Positions 21,201 to 30,463 of a stretch of 64,000 nt of DNA are shown in pieces (the stretch's first letter is position 1; each line of letters begins with the position of its first letter). Position numbers and translations under genes: made by a program. Under the pieces are notes generated by a model. That model worked only from the letters and a program-made list of their open reading frames with translations, did no database searches and was not told the origin of the DNA. Source of the DNA: a virus (taxonomy: Duplodnaviria > Caudoviricetes); the IMG/VR virus record IMGVR_UViG_3300047565_000101, positions 32,001 to 96,000 of that record; one strand, written 5' to 3'.

Positions 21201-21687
21201 TGTTATAGATCTGCATTTCAGTTCTAGCAAGCAGCGTCTTATTCTTTATATTATCCAATCCCTTTGGGACATGGACATTAAACTTCATCATGCCATCGGC
21301 TGCCTTGCCTAATGGCTGTACTACTGCATTTTGTAATGCTACTTGCTGCTGAGCGAGATCTCTAATTAAACCGCCAGAGGTTCTGGTATGCTCTTGCCAT
21401 GTCTTAAAATAATCACGTAGCTTGAGCTTACCAGAATCCAGCTGTTTTCCAAATTTTTGTACATCATCTGAAACAGTAACAAAGTGTGTAGAGAATTGAC
21501 CAGTTGCTCTAAGAGTATCTCCTAGCGCCTTCTGTGCTGCATTTGCTTGTGATGCCAATGCTGTATTGGTCAAAGCAACTTGCTGCTTAAATTTAGCTAA
21601 TGCTGCCGAGGTTCGTTGCACATCTGCAATCAAACCTGAAAAGTCGGACGTTGCAACTATATTCGTTACAATTTGTTCATCAGCCAT
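15229..21687 (-). CDS. tail tape measure protein (TP901-type core) with internal insert
   Basis: 2152 aa, Ala-rich helical; GANALKSGLASL core, hydrophobic segments, follows the tail chaperones. Confidence 0.93.
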   Translation of the reverse strand: MADEQIVTNIVATSDFSGLIADVQRTSAALAKFKQQVALTNTALASQANAAQKALGDTLRATGQFSTHFVTVSDDVQKFGKQLDSGKLKLRDYFKTWQEHTRTSGGLIRDLAQQQVALQNAVVQPLGKAADGMMKFNVHVPKGLDNIKNKTLLARTEMQIYNKVVQDGGVQLINWGKNTQWAGRQLTVGLTVPIAGFGMAAAKAFREVDKELTRLTKVYGDLSKTSSTNLQKVRDDVSQTAKELSASMGVSFKDTIALAADIAATGKTGNELLRSVEETTRLSVLGEVDRQEAMKATLAIQSAFKQNTEELSQSINFLNAVENQTSTSLSDLVEAIPKAGPVVKGLGGDVKDLALYLTAMREGGINATEGANALKSGLASLINPTKVAVGQFKSFGIDLLGIVNNNAGNVTQTLLDLQGALDKLNPLQKQQAIEQLFGKFQFSRMNALFENLGKQGSQTLQVLDLMKASSADLQQIATGELAQVTESAAGKYARALETLKANMAEVGDKFLTIGTSIIGVVNKVLDFINKMPEPLKNIITIIGGFTALAGPLIMLTGVFANFFGYIIKGIGHFKALFKGGEGFKLLTPEMVAAQKAGDLIEKTFYSDAEAALALKAALQGVNDQLTILQQKAASGSVSVQPTISTVQGNTIIQGASRVANPEHPLIGPAGSRASAHMNPVSGMTEQQKMNQTIFGMVPNPIPLNRNLGATPQVYMNDDMPLFENVTARKGKSVGVVAAEAAKWHSMTGALAMQSKEEIAVLKKEVASTGAITSELSASYQALLPQITNITTGAAQEASLIVADLQAGKIKVDVARQKIIDLNIAVEKMIVETTQAVAISQGRVANLTTVPLTSQPVIDPKTGKSNMKELFHKSSTSTLVNKIAGALGVRTSGGGYSIETTKPKRLNSGGYVYTLNDGNIVPGPNVNADVVPAMLTPGEFVVNAKSTRANLPLLQAINGSGSTGPGYNIGSNGAIKKDNTSVYDALNNASKLGRGEQYKVMALLEHAGISIPMLQNSVYPMMHGQSNLTTRGGRGIPGAAFLSEFSQPGAFDMASRLMSKAGYGSITDDQKSIILSSLSSSIGNPQDPLTEMQFGKHLTAAYLKAGLSKDAIKVLASTGAMRFSFPGEGTIDQRRSALISTLSSKYGKEIEFAADPKNENNIIVKVPGQKPFKIRHEATRAITSNEHGLSYETQRQAVPAGQRDGKKLSYAHIPIDELQLVDRNPNTSKFPDKFLPHAGRKTNVGMPLVRRGGSFGLLKSLQLGFDPIGAAIRKTGSRAMRNRGGMIHLNKGGMVPGYNAGGAVGAYRAGLKNSYGKSMFGNGLPTMGLGTQMGIGMAGMAAGQAVGGGAGTAIMIASNILPMLSGLKMVGGFLPTLTKVASILGRLTIPGAVIGSLFMMVKGLQMWRKSAEDAGEVNRAMYGGTKSALAEVGLKYVSISDKIKEMNKQLELSKAKVETAYDSFSGSGVSGLTLTIKELKEGIASAKKNAKETVSIFNKADDSKVVDLASSMKAQFVAMGMSVQEATNKIYTIISASDKANQAFSAISSKGFKSIIDKSSAATHSLSLLGKQLSDPQTFNAEEFQRGLDNVISSFESYRQSLVGTKVDGQVVDQAKSLELTFEKLKATKTATLPMDQNTLTLLKSQDLALGSMLGNAETILSVFAKYRLYLSGLSTTVDIGLLTPDQAVDVAAGYERVSESATKVINKQTSIGKVAVAARAAADKAAKAANNAAKQDSQSIDDQIKAKQKLIDKLEEERDKRLEILDIQEKSQNFETQVKQAQIRYQQALATGNLAQAAQEKLSIEQLSADRQRELARQSINDKYDADIKKLEDQIQRLQDQKDSVAKAVASSQSASENKAAVAAEAEALSSELASIIAKHGGKYTAEAGKEIAAVLNNAKSSSNASLKAAAMEMEKKYSPGGLKSAPGPSDLNDMGKPYQRIFSDLSSETLTLAKAGTKFDKAVDAFTLAVETFTGKKVTDGPKTTTTTVSATTGQVETKAIANRLVTQNGIEYVVTNTGVRYRTDQEPGKTLKKGMTPKAKGWNGMRGMAGTVALVGENGPEIIKFNQTADIIPTHKFNMPMYNLASNSVSLANNSSNGKMGGITIINNISGTDMNMEQLSEVVTRKTITAMKNIKDVNFAAEGKPGVKRI

Positions 21688-21695
21688 ATATTATT

Positions 21696-21992
21696 CTATA
21701 CCCCTTGGTATCCTAGGCCCATTCCAATTCCAAATCCTTCACCCATTGCAGTACTGCCTTGTAGTGAAACTATGTCATCTGATCCTGCATTGATTCCCAT
21801 AGCTTTTCTTTGAATATCTTCGAAGGTAGGACCCTCCTCTTCTGTTGTTTCATTTAAGTCAACACCTTGAAGTGATGCCAGGAATCTCCTTTTATCATCT
21901 TCCGTCTTCTGCATTGCCTTAAACGTTTGTATCAGCTCTGGCATGGATAAGTTTTCTTCTAACTCTTCGTAATTTTTCCAATTACCGAGCAA
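21696..21992 (-). CDS. tail assembly chaperone, GT C-terminal part reached by -1 frameshift
   Basis: The -1 frame is open from the slippery site at 22058-22064 (PSSGSGSGWSELDLAALEGEVFLLGNW...). Confidence 0.8.
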   Translation of the reverse strand: MLGNWKNYEELEENLSMPELIQTFKAMQKTEDDKRRFLASLQGVDLNETTEEEGPTFEDIQRKAMGINAGSDDIVSLQGSTAMGEGFGIGMGLGYQGV

Positions 21993-22021
21993 GAAGACCT
22001 CACCCTCTAAAGCGGCTAAAT

Positions 22022-22354
22022 CTAGTTCTGACCAGCCAGAACCGCTGCCGCTAGAAGGTTTGGGTCATCCATCTTGATGCCTCCACAAACTTCTAGAATT
22101 CTATTGATTGTTGGAACATCCAATAGATCTTCAAACGCATCTCTATCCTTAACAATTTCTGGCAGCTGCTTTTCTAATGCTACTGCACATGCGTTAATAA
22201 GAATATCGAGAGTCTCATCTTCTGTTTCTGCTGAGCCAGTCTTATTGATCTCAACCATGAATTTTCTTAGTTCTTTAATTGATAGTGGTTTTAGCTTTAC
22301 GACTGTTCCATCCTGTAATGGAATCTCTTCTGTATCGTATACTGTAGTTGCCAA
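22022..22354 (-). CDS. tail assembly chaperone G
   Basis: Lies between the major tail and tape measure genes; slippery heptamer near its 3' end. Confidence 0.85.
   Translation of the reverse strand: MATTVYDTEEIPLQDGTVVKLKPLSIKELRKFMVEINKTGSAETEDETLDILINACAVALEKQLPEIVKDRDAFEDLLDVPTINRILEVCGGIKMDDPNLLAAAVLAGQN
22058..22064 (-). other. programmed -1 frameshift site C CCA AAC
   Basis: X XXY YYZ heptamer in the correct phase; the -1 frame has TGA just before it and is open after it. Confidence 0.8.
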
Positions 22355-22412
22355 TTTATCCTCCTAGGATTCGTCTTAATTATTATAACAAAGAGATGTT
22401 ACTAATACAAAC

Positions 22413-22440
22413 AGAAAACCCCCATTTCTGGGGGCTTTCC
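22413..22440 (-). terminator. intrinsic terminator after the major tail gene
   Basis: CCCCCAGAAATGGGGG hairpin followed by TTTTCT. Confidence 0.65.
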
Positions 22441-22460
22441 TATATTTAATTATTATTAAA

Positions 22461-23144
22461 TTATGCAGATGCTCTAAAGCGGTCTACGATCTTACCGTAC
22501 TCTGATCCAGAATATGTTGCATCTGGGAGAAGACGGAAAGTAACTGGGAATGAAGTTGGTGTATTACGTGCGAGTGAGAACTGTGACTGCTGTACAGAAA
22601 GCACACGACGACCATAATATACACGCTCTGTATTTGGAGATGTCGCTGTTGGAGCTGGTCCTACTGCGATGAGCTGACGCTCTGTTGGAGCCTCAAGGAG
22701 AGCTCCACCTGCAATATTAAGAGTTTCGTTTCCTGTTGCTGAAAGTGTTCCAGAACGGCTGCTTGACTTCTGACCGAAAACAGTCATAACGTTAAACAAT
22801 GTACCTTCTGAGAGCTCTGTTGCGAGCATAACTTCCATTGACTCCTTGAACAGCTTAGCTGTATCGAGGAGCTGATCTACTGTTACTGAACCGTATGTTG
22901 GGTTGTAAGTAATCTGAAGACCGTTGTTTGTAAATCCAACGTTTGTGTAACCATTTGCTACAGTTGAACCAACAACTGCTGAACGAAGATCACCGTTTCC
23001 ATCGACTGCAGAACCATTTGAACCTGTTGCGAATGAACTGAGTCCTGTTGGGTCTAATACTGCATATTCGCTATCTGTTGAATCTAGAGTAGTAATATTA
23101 AGCGGTGCTGCACCGATAATAATATTCTTAGCATTAAATGCCAT
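22461..23144 (-). CDS. major tail protein
   Basis: NIIIGAA...VGFTNNG...VDQL pattern; position. Confidence 0.85.
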   Translation of the reverse strand: MAFNAKNIIIGAAPLNITTLDSTDSEYAVLDPTGLSSFATGSNGSAVDGNGDLRSAVVGSTVANGYTNVGFTNNGLQITYNPTYGSVTVDQLLDTAKLFKESMEVMLATELSEGTLFNVMTVFGQKSSSRSGTLSATGNETLNIAGGALLEAPTERQLIAVGPAPTATSPNTERVYYGRRVLSVQQSQFSLARNTPTSFPVTFRLLPDATYSGSEYGKIVDRFRASA

Positions 23145-23243
23145 TTTAACCTCCTGTTAAAATATTTCTTTTATTTCAAAATTTTGGCTGGCTAGGCCCT
23201 TTCCTCTAGTATAATTTTAAGCCATAAATGGCACTAAAGCAAA

Positions 23244-23753
23244 CTAGGCAAATCTGCCAGAGCCGTCAGTAATTCTTGAGTATTTAACCTCAAGGACTAC
23301 ATCTGATGAGAGGAATCCAGCTAGTTCTTTTGATGGCTCAGTTGGGGATATATCTGCCACATAGATACTATGGAATTTAAATCCTGAAGGAAGGCTTGTG
23401 TCTGCATTTACTTCCTTTGCAGTAACATCCATTCTTCTGAATATATCGATCATCGCATTTCGAATCTCATTTATCTCTGAGAAGTCTGTCGCAAATATTG
23501 TAAACAGGACTTGCTCATTACATATTAGCCAGTTATCGTCATAGGACATTCCTACCTTATCGTAGATAATATGCTTCTTCCCGCTCAAATACTGGTTGAA
23601 GTCTGGAGATTGTTGTACTGGTATTATCGGAATAAATGTATCTCCGAGGGAATCTGAATAATAGTCTGAATCATTCATGACCTCAAGGTCTAAAAGGTTA
23701 TTCCATAAGAACAATCTTAAATTATATACTGCATCTTTCTTGTAATCAGCCAT
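23244..23753 (-). CDS. tail terminator-like protein
   Basis: Synteny and size. Confidence 0.6.
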   Translation of the reverse strand: MADYKKDAVYNLRLFLWNNLLDLEVMNDSDYYSDSLGDTFIPIIPVQQSPDFNQYLSGKKHIIYDKVGMSYDDNWLICNEQVLFTIFATDFSEINEIRNAMIDIFRRMDVTAKEVNADTSLPSGFKFHSIYVADISPTEPSKELAGFLSSDVVLEVKYSRITDGSGRFA

Positions 23754-24538
23754 TATATTCTACCTCCGAATGCTGAAGATACAGCCATGTCTGCCTGCGA
23801 AGCTAAGCTATTAGCAGAAAAGCTGTAACTAACTTTTTTAATATTTACTGGAAGCTTCATAGCCTGTGTTAATGAGCTGTTAAATAATCTATGTACGCCA
23901 GACTTTTTAATTGATAGATTAACTAAATTACCAGTAAAAAATAATTTATAAGCAACCTTATAGGATCCAGTTGTAGCATTGCCACCAGGCCTTAGAACGG
24001 TCACTGAAGCCCCTTTGGGCATGAAAACAGTATAACCACCCTTGGCTTCGAATACGAGCCTCTCAGAGGCCTTAGGAGCGATTTTAACGGGGTCTCCCTT
24101 TTCCATCACAAAAGCTTTCTTAATAAATACATGTCTATTTTTTGTGCTTCTTGAAGGAACAAATGTTTTAGAGTCTAGAAAATCTGTAGTAATATTAAAT
24201 GATAGTCCAGATGGCTTATTTAAATACAACTTAAATAATCTATTATTTTTATTTCCAGTTTTCTTCCATTCGTAAACATGGTGAAACTGCTTAGGTTTAA
24301 TTCTTGCCTGAGCATCTAAATAGAGGCCGAAGTCTTTTTCGATTTGCTCAAATATTACTTTAGAAAATGCATTTTGGAATTGTTTATTCTTTGTTATTTT
24401 TGCAACAACATTAGCTTGATAAAATATAGCAGCAGATATCTGTGCAACCGTACTATCCTTTAAATGACTTCCTGGCTTGGATGTCATTAATGGCTGTAGT
24501 CTACTTGCTGCAGAAAGCAATAATGCGCTAGATTCCAA
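23753..24538 (-). CDS. neck / tail completion protein
   Basis: Basic protein with HHVYEW motif; synteny. Confidence 0.55.
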   Translation of the reverse strand: MESSALLLSAASRLQPLMTSKPGSHLKDSTVAQISAAIFYQANVVAKITKNKQFQNAFSKVIFEQIEKDFGLYLDAQARIKPKQFHHVYEWKKTGNKNNRLFKLYLNKPSGLSFNITTDFLDSKTFVPSRSTKNRHVFIKKAFVMEKGDPVKIAPKASERLVFEAKGGYTVFMPKGASVTVLRPGGNATTGSYKVAYKLFFTGNLVNLSIKKSGVHRLFNSSLTQAMKLPVNIKKVSYSFSANSLASQADMAVSSAFGGRI

Positions 24539-24953
24539 TTTGCTGATTCTCCGATCTCTTAGCGGTTGTGTTATATGCAATAACTCCGCCAAATGGATCA
24601 GTTACTGGGGTAACTCCGACTACCTCAAATACGGTTGGTGTCTCTGATGGGTAGTCAAGCTCAGTCCAAATATGGACTCCATCTTTTGTTCTTATATTGG
24701 TAATCTTATGCCTTATGTTTAATTTGTTAACAGTTCTAATCTGAATCATCTGATCATTGGTATAGCGATTATTAAATTCCTGCCTGTCGCTTCCTCTTGA
24801 TGATGTAGAGTTGCTAATAATGCCTTTTGCAAAGCAGTCTACAGATCTATCAAAATTCCATTCTTTCTTAATGGAGCCAGTTGAAGGATCTTGTGTTTCA
24901 GATTGGGAGTATACATCCAATCTCATAGGCAATAATGATTCGATTATATCCAT
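24528..24953 (-). CDS. head closure / head-tail adaptor
   Basis: Synteny; QDPSTGSIKKEW motif. Confidence 0.65.
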   Translation of the reverse strand: MDIIESLLPMRLDVYSQSETQDPSTGSIKKEWNFDRSVDCFAKGIISNSTSSRGSDRQEFNNRYTNDQMIQIRTVNKLNIRHKITNIRTKDGVHIWTELDYPSETPTVFEVVGVTPVTDPFGGVIAYNTTAKRSENQQIGI

Positions 24954-25942
24954 TAAATTGCTACCATGCTGGTAACAACATAAGGTGACAATAGCTTGTC
25001 TGCGTAGAGATTACCAGTTCCATTTTGTGCAGCTCCAGTATATTCAAACTTCCAGTCAAATGCGCTGATGCTCTTAACATACTTGTTTCGCCACTCTGTA
25101 TCTTTTTCAAAGAATTGCTTCATTAACACTATACAGGCTTCTTGAATATCAGAAGGAACCTTTGACCAACCGAATCTTCCTTCCACTGTATATCTGTATC
25201 CATCTCTAAAACTACTTCCATCCCCACGATCATAAATTGTAGGAGGAACCATTCCGTTGGCTGTGTATACAACATTATCTGTCAGCTCTTGTCTATTTAC
25301 ACGAATTCCGTAGCCAGACTCTGATATAACTGGAGAATAGACCCAGTTGTCTACATCATTAATATTGTCTACTAGCAGTACATCATTTTCGTATAGCTTG
25401 TGAATTGAATTTATCTTGTATGGTAGAGGAAGGATATCTGATCCAAATCCGTATACGACCTGCTTGTCATCATACAGATAAAATGATTGCTCTGTGAAAT
25501 CTTCAATAAGCTTACGAGCATATCTTTCCGCTAATTGCATTTCGTAATATGTTTTATAGTTAGGGTCAGACGGATCTGTACCGACATTCATCTGGTCCCA
25601 GGCGTCTGAAAGATTTACATATGGTGTTACTACATCTACGTACTGGGAGTGTGAGGCTTCAGTACCATCTACCTGATACTCCCAGACGATCTTAAACGTT
25701 CTGTTTCTTTGACAAAACTGAAAGGGAATTACTATCTGGTACGTTCCCTCATCGTTGTCTAATTTGGTGGCAGTAATTACATCTAGGTCATCAGTAGATA
25801 ATACTAATGGATCTAATGTTTGATCTCCAGTCACATCATAAATTGTTGCTGTTACAACATCATCATCTGCTGCGATAATTTCTCCGCCCCAGAATATCTT
25901 TGTTTTAATTGGTGCTGTTTGATCTATGTAAATTTGTGCCAT
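24953..25942 (-). CDS. head-tail connector protein
   Basis: GWSKVPSDIQEAC...ADKLLSPY gp6-like motifs. Confidence 0.7.
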   Translation of the reverse strand: MAQIYIDQTAPIKTKIFWGGEIIAADDDVVTATIYDVTGDQTLDPLVLSTDDLDVITATKLDNDEGTYQIVIPFQFCQRNRTFKIVWEYQVDGTEASHSQYVDVVTPYVNLSDAWDQMNVGTDPSDPNYKTYYEMQLAERYARKLIEDFTEQSFYLYDDKQVVYGFGSDILPLPYKINSIHKLYENDVLLVDNINDVDNWVYSPVISESGYGIRVNRQELTDNVVYTANGMVPPTIYDRGDGSSFRDGYRYTVEGRFGWSKVPSDIQEACIVLMKQFFEKDTEWRNKYVKSISAFDWKFEYTGAAQNGTGNLYADKLLSPYVVTSMVAI

Positions 25943-25952
25943 TTATTGAGAT

Positions 25953-26345
25953 TTAGTGGTAAAACTCCTGGACCTCATTTGGGGTAGCCAGTCTAAATCC
26001 CTCCTCCTTATCAAAAATTGCTTGTGCATCATTTTTACTCATAGCAACGAAAGGATGCTCTTTTGTAAAAGTAAAGCCAATAATATCATATCTAAAATTA
26101 GCTCTAGTCATCTTGACCAAAACTGTGTCTTCTGGGCTCAACTCTTTTTGTGCCTTTGGCTTGATCTCATCTTCGAGATCTTCCTCTTCTTCACGATCAA
26201 GAGTCTTTTCATAAATTGTCCAGCTAACACCTTCATCAGCCAATGCTGCAATAATGTCTGCCTTATTCTTTAAGCCTTCTGTATCTACGCCGAAGTCTTC
26301 TGCGACCTTTTTTAACTCTGAAACCTTAAGTGTTTCAAATGACAT
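25953..26345 (-). CDS. hypothetical protein with Rho-N-like helical domain
   Basis: LKVSELKKVAEDFGV...KADIIAAL. Confidence 0.6.
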   Translation of the reverse strand: MSFETLKVSELKKVAEDFGVDTEGLKNKADIIAALADEGVSWTIYEKTLDREEEEDLEDEIKPKAQKELSPEDTVLVKMTRANFRYDIIGFTFTKEHPFVAMSKNDAQAIFDKEEGFRLATPNEVQEFYH

Positions 26346-26395
26346 AATTTCTCCTTAGTCTAAGTTCTTTAATTATAGCATTGATAAATTAAAAT

Positions 26396-26427
26396 GAAAA
26401 GCCCCCGAATTTCTTCGGGGGCAATTC
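26396..26427 (-). terminator. intrinsic terminator after the capsid gene
   Basis: GCCCCCGAAGAAATTCGGGGGC followed by TTTT. Confidence 0.75.
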
Positions 26428-26447
26428 TTTGGTATTTAGCTAATTAA

Positions 26448-27497
26448 TTAGCTAGCAACCTTAACGTTCTTAACAACGACCCAGGCATCTGCCTGCTCGA
26501 TCTGAACACCAACACGGGTATAGAGTGTATACTCGATTGAGTCCTTACGTGGCCAGAAGAAGCGGTAGACTGTAACGTCACGCTTGATACCAACAACAAT
26601 GTTGTTAGGGAATGTCAAGTGGATGTCACCGTGGCTGCCTGTCTCTCCTGAGTAGTCGCCGTCCTGTGTCTCGTTGAGAAGTGGGACTTCAACAATTGGA
26701 ATACCGAATGCATATGGTGCAACGTAACCAGCTGGGCCACCAAGTGGCTGTACATCGCCACGGATGATGCTTGAAGCAATATCCTGTGGGATTGTCTGGT
26801 TTGTTCCGATGCTGTTTGCATAGAGGAAGTCCTGGATAAGGTTTGATCCTGCAAGGAAGCGAAGGTCTGTGCGACGCTGCTTGTACTTACGTGGAAGTGC
26901 CTTAAGTGCTGAGTTAAAGATTGCACGTGATACTGCAGCTCCGCCAGCGTCTACGACGTGACCATTAGCCTTAGCCTTCTTAACAACACCATCAAATGAC
27001 TTATAAAGTGCATCTGATGTAAGAGCTGTATTACCATTGAGGATTACATCTTCAATGTCGTTACCTGCCTGTGTTGCCATCATTCGTGCGATGTGATCTT
27101 CTAGATCTGGACCCTCGATATTATCTTCGAGTGACTCTGTTGAAAGCTCCCAATCTAAACGGAGCTTCTTTGTTGAGAGAGAAATCTTGGAGAATGTGAC
27201 TGCAGAGTTAGCTGCTGTGTCATCACCTTCGGTTGCAAGCTTCATAAGCTTCTCACCTACGCCAATACGATCAATCTCGGTTGTATCTGACTTCATACGA
27301 ACTGTACGAGCGACCTTACCGATTACGGTAGCGTCGAACATATAGTCTAGGAAGCGAGCTGACTGCTCTGGGTTAAGCAAACCGCCGTTACCCTCAGCAC
27401 CAACATGGATACCTGTTGTAGAATCTGCTGATCCTGACATAGAACCTGTTGCTGTTGTGTTTGCTGCGATTGTTTTTTCTAACATTTCATTGCTCAT
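26448..27497 (-). CDS. major capsid protein (HK97 fold)
   Basis: GGLLNPEQ, ELSTESLEDNIEG and ILNGN motifs; high-expression codon usage. Confidence 0.92.
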   Translation of the reverse strand: MSNEMLEKTIAANTTATGSMSGSADSTTGIHVGAEGNGGLLNPEQSARFLDYMFDATVIGKVARTVRMKSDTTEIDRIGVGEKLMKLATEGDDTAANSAVTFSKISLSTKKLRLDWELSTESLEDNIEGPDLEDHIARMMATQAGNDIEDVILNGNTALTSDALYKSFDGVVKKAKANGHVVDAGGAAVSRAIFNSALKALPRKYKQRRTDLRFLAGSNLIQDFLYANSIGTNQTIPQDIASSIIRGDVQPLGGPAGYVAPYAFGIPIVEVPLLNETQDGDYSGETGSHGDIHLTFPNNIVVGIKRDVTVYRFFWPRKDSIEYTLYTRVGVQIEQADAWVVVKNVKVAS

Positions 27498-27513
27498 TAT
27501 TTTTTCACCTACC

Positions 27514-28827
27514 TTATTTGACTAGTTCATTTACGGAACCGAGGAAAGAACCGTTCCATCGTGATTTTTTGATTGTAACTTCCTGAGATCCGCCAAGATC
27601 TAAGGACTTCTTAATTGCTGTCTCTGCTTCAACAGCATCGACACGCTTCTGGACACCATCAATGGTGCCTCTTATATCTTCAACAGCCTTGCTAAGAATA
27701 GCATGCTGTTCTGCCAACTCTGTAAATCGGCTATCAACGCTCTTGCTGAATGAATCAACAGTAGTTGTGATAGCTCCAACCTGCTCTGCATTTGCAGAAC
27801 TAGCCTTACTAAGAGTCTCTGAGAAAAATACCTTTAGGTCGCCAAGCATCTTTGCAAAATCAGGTTCATCAACCTCAACTTCGGATACGTTGGCTGCTTT
27901 TTCCAGAGTTTCGGCAGGAGCGTCTTCAACAACTGGAGCCTCTTCGACTGCAGGTGTTTCTTCAGCAACAACTGTTTCTTCGACAGCTGGTGCTTCTTCT
28001 ACGGCAGTAACTTCTGCTACTACGTTTTCTGTATTTTCTGACACTGTATTACCTCCTTCTGCGTTTGCCTGTTTTGCAATTGTTTGTGCAGGCAACGATA
28101 ATCTTGATCTGAATGAATCAAGAATTCTATTTATTTCTTTGCTCTTATTAACATCATTACTCTCAACCCAACCAATTAATTCTGCTGGCTTACCAGTGAT
28201 TGGTGAATCATATGCGGAATCCTTAGAGATAAATACCTTATCTGATTCTTCGCAATAAAAAATATTTTCTGTTTGTGTCTCTGCTGCAATTCCCTTGAAT
28301 ACGAATTGTCCGTTCATCTTTTGAACCGATAGGATGTTACATAGTTCATTTGCTGGTGAGTCTACGATTGATAGCTCCATCAAAGCATACTTCTTAATAA
28401 ATCTAACTGCCTGTCCTGTTGACTTGTTTACTTCGTTATCTGACTCTATAATCTTTCCGCCGATTGAGAATCCAGTTAGAGTTCCGTCAAGAACCTTTTC
28501 CCAAGTATCCTGTGCACCCTTTGAAACATATGCATCTACATAAACGCCATTATAAAATTCACCAGTTGTCTGATCATAGAAAGTTTCTGGTCTGAATGAG
28601 ATCATCTTTCCAACAGCATTAGATCCATGCATCTCACGAATGTTTCCACGGAAATTTTCAAATGCTTCGAGACTTGCTTCTGCTGTTACAAGGTCTCCAG
28701 TTTGATCAACGTTGTCCAGGGTTGCGAATCCAGACACAGTTCTCTTCTCACGATTAACTTTTGTAAATGGGACGGAAAGAGTAATGTCGTTTCCGCTTGA
28801 AGACCATAATGATTTCTCGATGTTCAT
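27514..28827 (-). CDS. prohead protease fused to scaffold
   Basis: IREMH, GFSIGG and ELSIVDSPAN motifs; acidic coiled-coil C-terminus. Confidence 0.9.
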   Translation of the reverse strand: MNIEKSLWSSSGNDITLSVPFTKVNREKRTVSGFATLDNVDQTGDLVTAEASLEAFENFRGNIREMHGSNAVGKMISFRPETFYDQTTGEFYNGVYVDAYVSKGAQDTWEKVLDGTLTGFSIGGKIIESDNEVNKSTGQAVRFIKKYALMELSIVDSPANELCNILSVQKMNGQFVFKGIAAETQTENIFYCEESDKVFISKDSAYDSPITGKPAELIGWVESNDVNKSKEINRILDSFRSRLSLPAQTIAKQANAEGGNTVSENTENVVAEVTAVEEAPAVEETVVAEETPAVEEAPVVEDAPAETLEKAANVSEVEVDEPDFAKMLGDLKVFFSETLSKASSANAEQVGAITTTVDSFSKSVDSRFTELAEQHAILSKAVEDIRGTIDGVQKRVDAVEAETAIKKSLDLGGSQEVTIKKSRWNGSFLGSVNELVK

Positions 28828-28880
28828 ATCCTTAATTTTATTACGCTATATATAAAAAGGCAAATAGTAGTCGATTGCGA

Positions 28881-30461
28881 TTAATCGACTTGACTACCGT
28901 CACCCTTTGCATTTCTTCCTTCACCAGAAATATCTGGCGATGTGGCTTCTCTATCCTTGTCTCTTGTTCTTGAATTATTAGCTTGGGCTCTTATTTCCGC
29001 CTGTGCCTGTGGCTTTAAATCAACTGGGACATCTCCACCATCTAGTGGGATCATGCCCTTTCTAATTCTAACCTCATTAGGGACAATGACCTTCATTCTC
29101 AAATATCTTTCATCAATCTTAGACTGAGTATCCTCGTCTGTGAGTGTCAATTCATTGAATTTAAGAGAGAGGGCATCTGTCTTTTCGCTAAATATATTAT
29201 TAATCTTTTTCTCAAGAATCATCTGAGCTGGTCGGCAGACCTGCTCTTTAAATGTCTTGTCAGCATCTCTTGCAACTGCTAGATTTACTCCCTCTGGAGT
29301 ACCAATTTTATTAATAGGAACACGATGAGCTAAAAGAATTTGATCACGGTTCATTAAGTGGTACTTTGTAAATGAAGACTCTTGAGCTCCTGACTCAATT
29401 GGCTCCATTTTGAATTCTGACTTCTCATCTGGTTTATCTGCTGGAAGCGGAATATATAGAGATCTATGATTCTTGCCCTTTAGTCCAACCTGGAAAAATT
29501 CTAGAAGCTTTCTTTCTGACTCTGGTGAAAGCTTTGCTCCCTTTACTGTGATAATATATCTTGGAACCGCCTTATTTTCAAAGTAGTCCAAGTTATACTT
29601 TCCTGCAAATTCATTTCCAGCTAAAGCATTCTGTGCAGCAATAATATCTGGTACACCATAGTAGTTATTCTGTGGGGTGTACTTCTTAAGATGAATAATC
29701 TCATTAGGTCTATCTAGTCCGCCAGCAATTGGATTAGGTGTGTCCTGATCTCCGAAGTTTCTAAAGAATACAGCCTTGCCATAAAGCAATTGAACAAATC
29801 CATCACGTAGTCTTCTAATACGCATTGTCTTTGCAGGGATATGTCCGATATATCCGATACCACCATTTGTTGTTCTTCCAATTTCAATAAAGCCATTACC
29901 AGTTGCCTCAAGGTCGGTATAAGCCTTAATTAAAGTTTCAGTAAAAGTCTCTTCTTCATTTGTAGATTCAAGCCAAGCCTCAAGATCTTGTCTTAGCTTA
30001 TTTAGCTTTTTGCGAGCTCTCTCTAATTGCTTCTCATCTGCAATGGAATCAAATGCATCATTTGTTCTCTGTGTTTCAACAAAAGAATAACCTAGGCCAA
30101 CAATATTTGAAACCTTTGCATTAATCGCTGCATAGTTGTATGTAGAAATCTCATATACTTTTGAAAGGTACTCAAGATTATATGGTGGCTGAACAAGGTC
30201 AAACATAGCATAACCGCTAATTGCTTGAGCTAATAAATTCTGCTGGGTGCCTGCTCCATCTACACCATTAAATGCCTTTGTGAATTCACGTGACATCTTG
30301 CGTCTAAAAGCTGGGCTTAATCCATGAAGCTTTTGAAGATCCTCTTTGCCCATATTAAATGGGTCTGTTGAGATCTCATCCTTAACAGTATTGAACTTAT
30401 TCCAGTCATCAACATTGCTAAGCTGGATCATATCGTCTTCTTTGTCTTCAATAAATTCCAT
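28881..30461 (-). CDS. portal protein
   Basis: EIIHLK..YYGVPD, YFENKAVP, AHRVP and PNEVR motifs. Confidence 0.92.
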   Translation of the reverse strand: MEFIEDKEDDMIQLSNVDDWNKFNTVKDEISTDPFNMGKEDLQKLHGLSPAFRRKMSREFTKAFNGVDGAGTQQNLLAQAISGYAMFDLVQPPYNLEYLSKVYEISTYNYAAINAKVSNIVGLGYSFVETQRTNDAFDSIADEKQLERARKKLNKLRQDLEAWLESTNEEETFTETLIKAYTDLEATGNGFIEIGRTTNGGIGYIGHIPAKTMRIRRLRDGFVQLLYGKAVFFRNFGDQDTPNPIAGGLDRPNEIIHLKKYTPQNNYYGVPDIIAAQNALAGNEFAGKYNLDYFENKAVPRYIITVKGAKLSPESERKLLEFFQVGLKGKNHRSLYIPLPADKPDEKSEFKMEPIESGAQESSFTKYHLMNRDQILLAHRVPINKIGTPEGVNLAVARDADKTFKEQVCRPAQMILEKKINNIFSEKTDALSLKFNELTLTDEDTQSKIDERYLRMKVIVPNEVRIRKGMIPLDGGDVPVDLKPQAQAEIRAQANNSRTRDKDREATSPDISGEGRNAKGDGSQVD

Positions 30462-30463
30462 GG

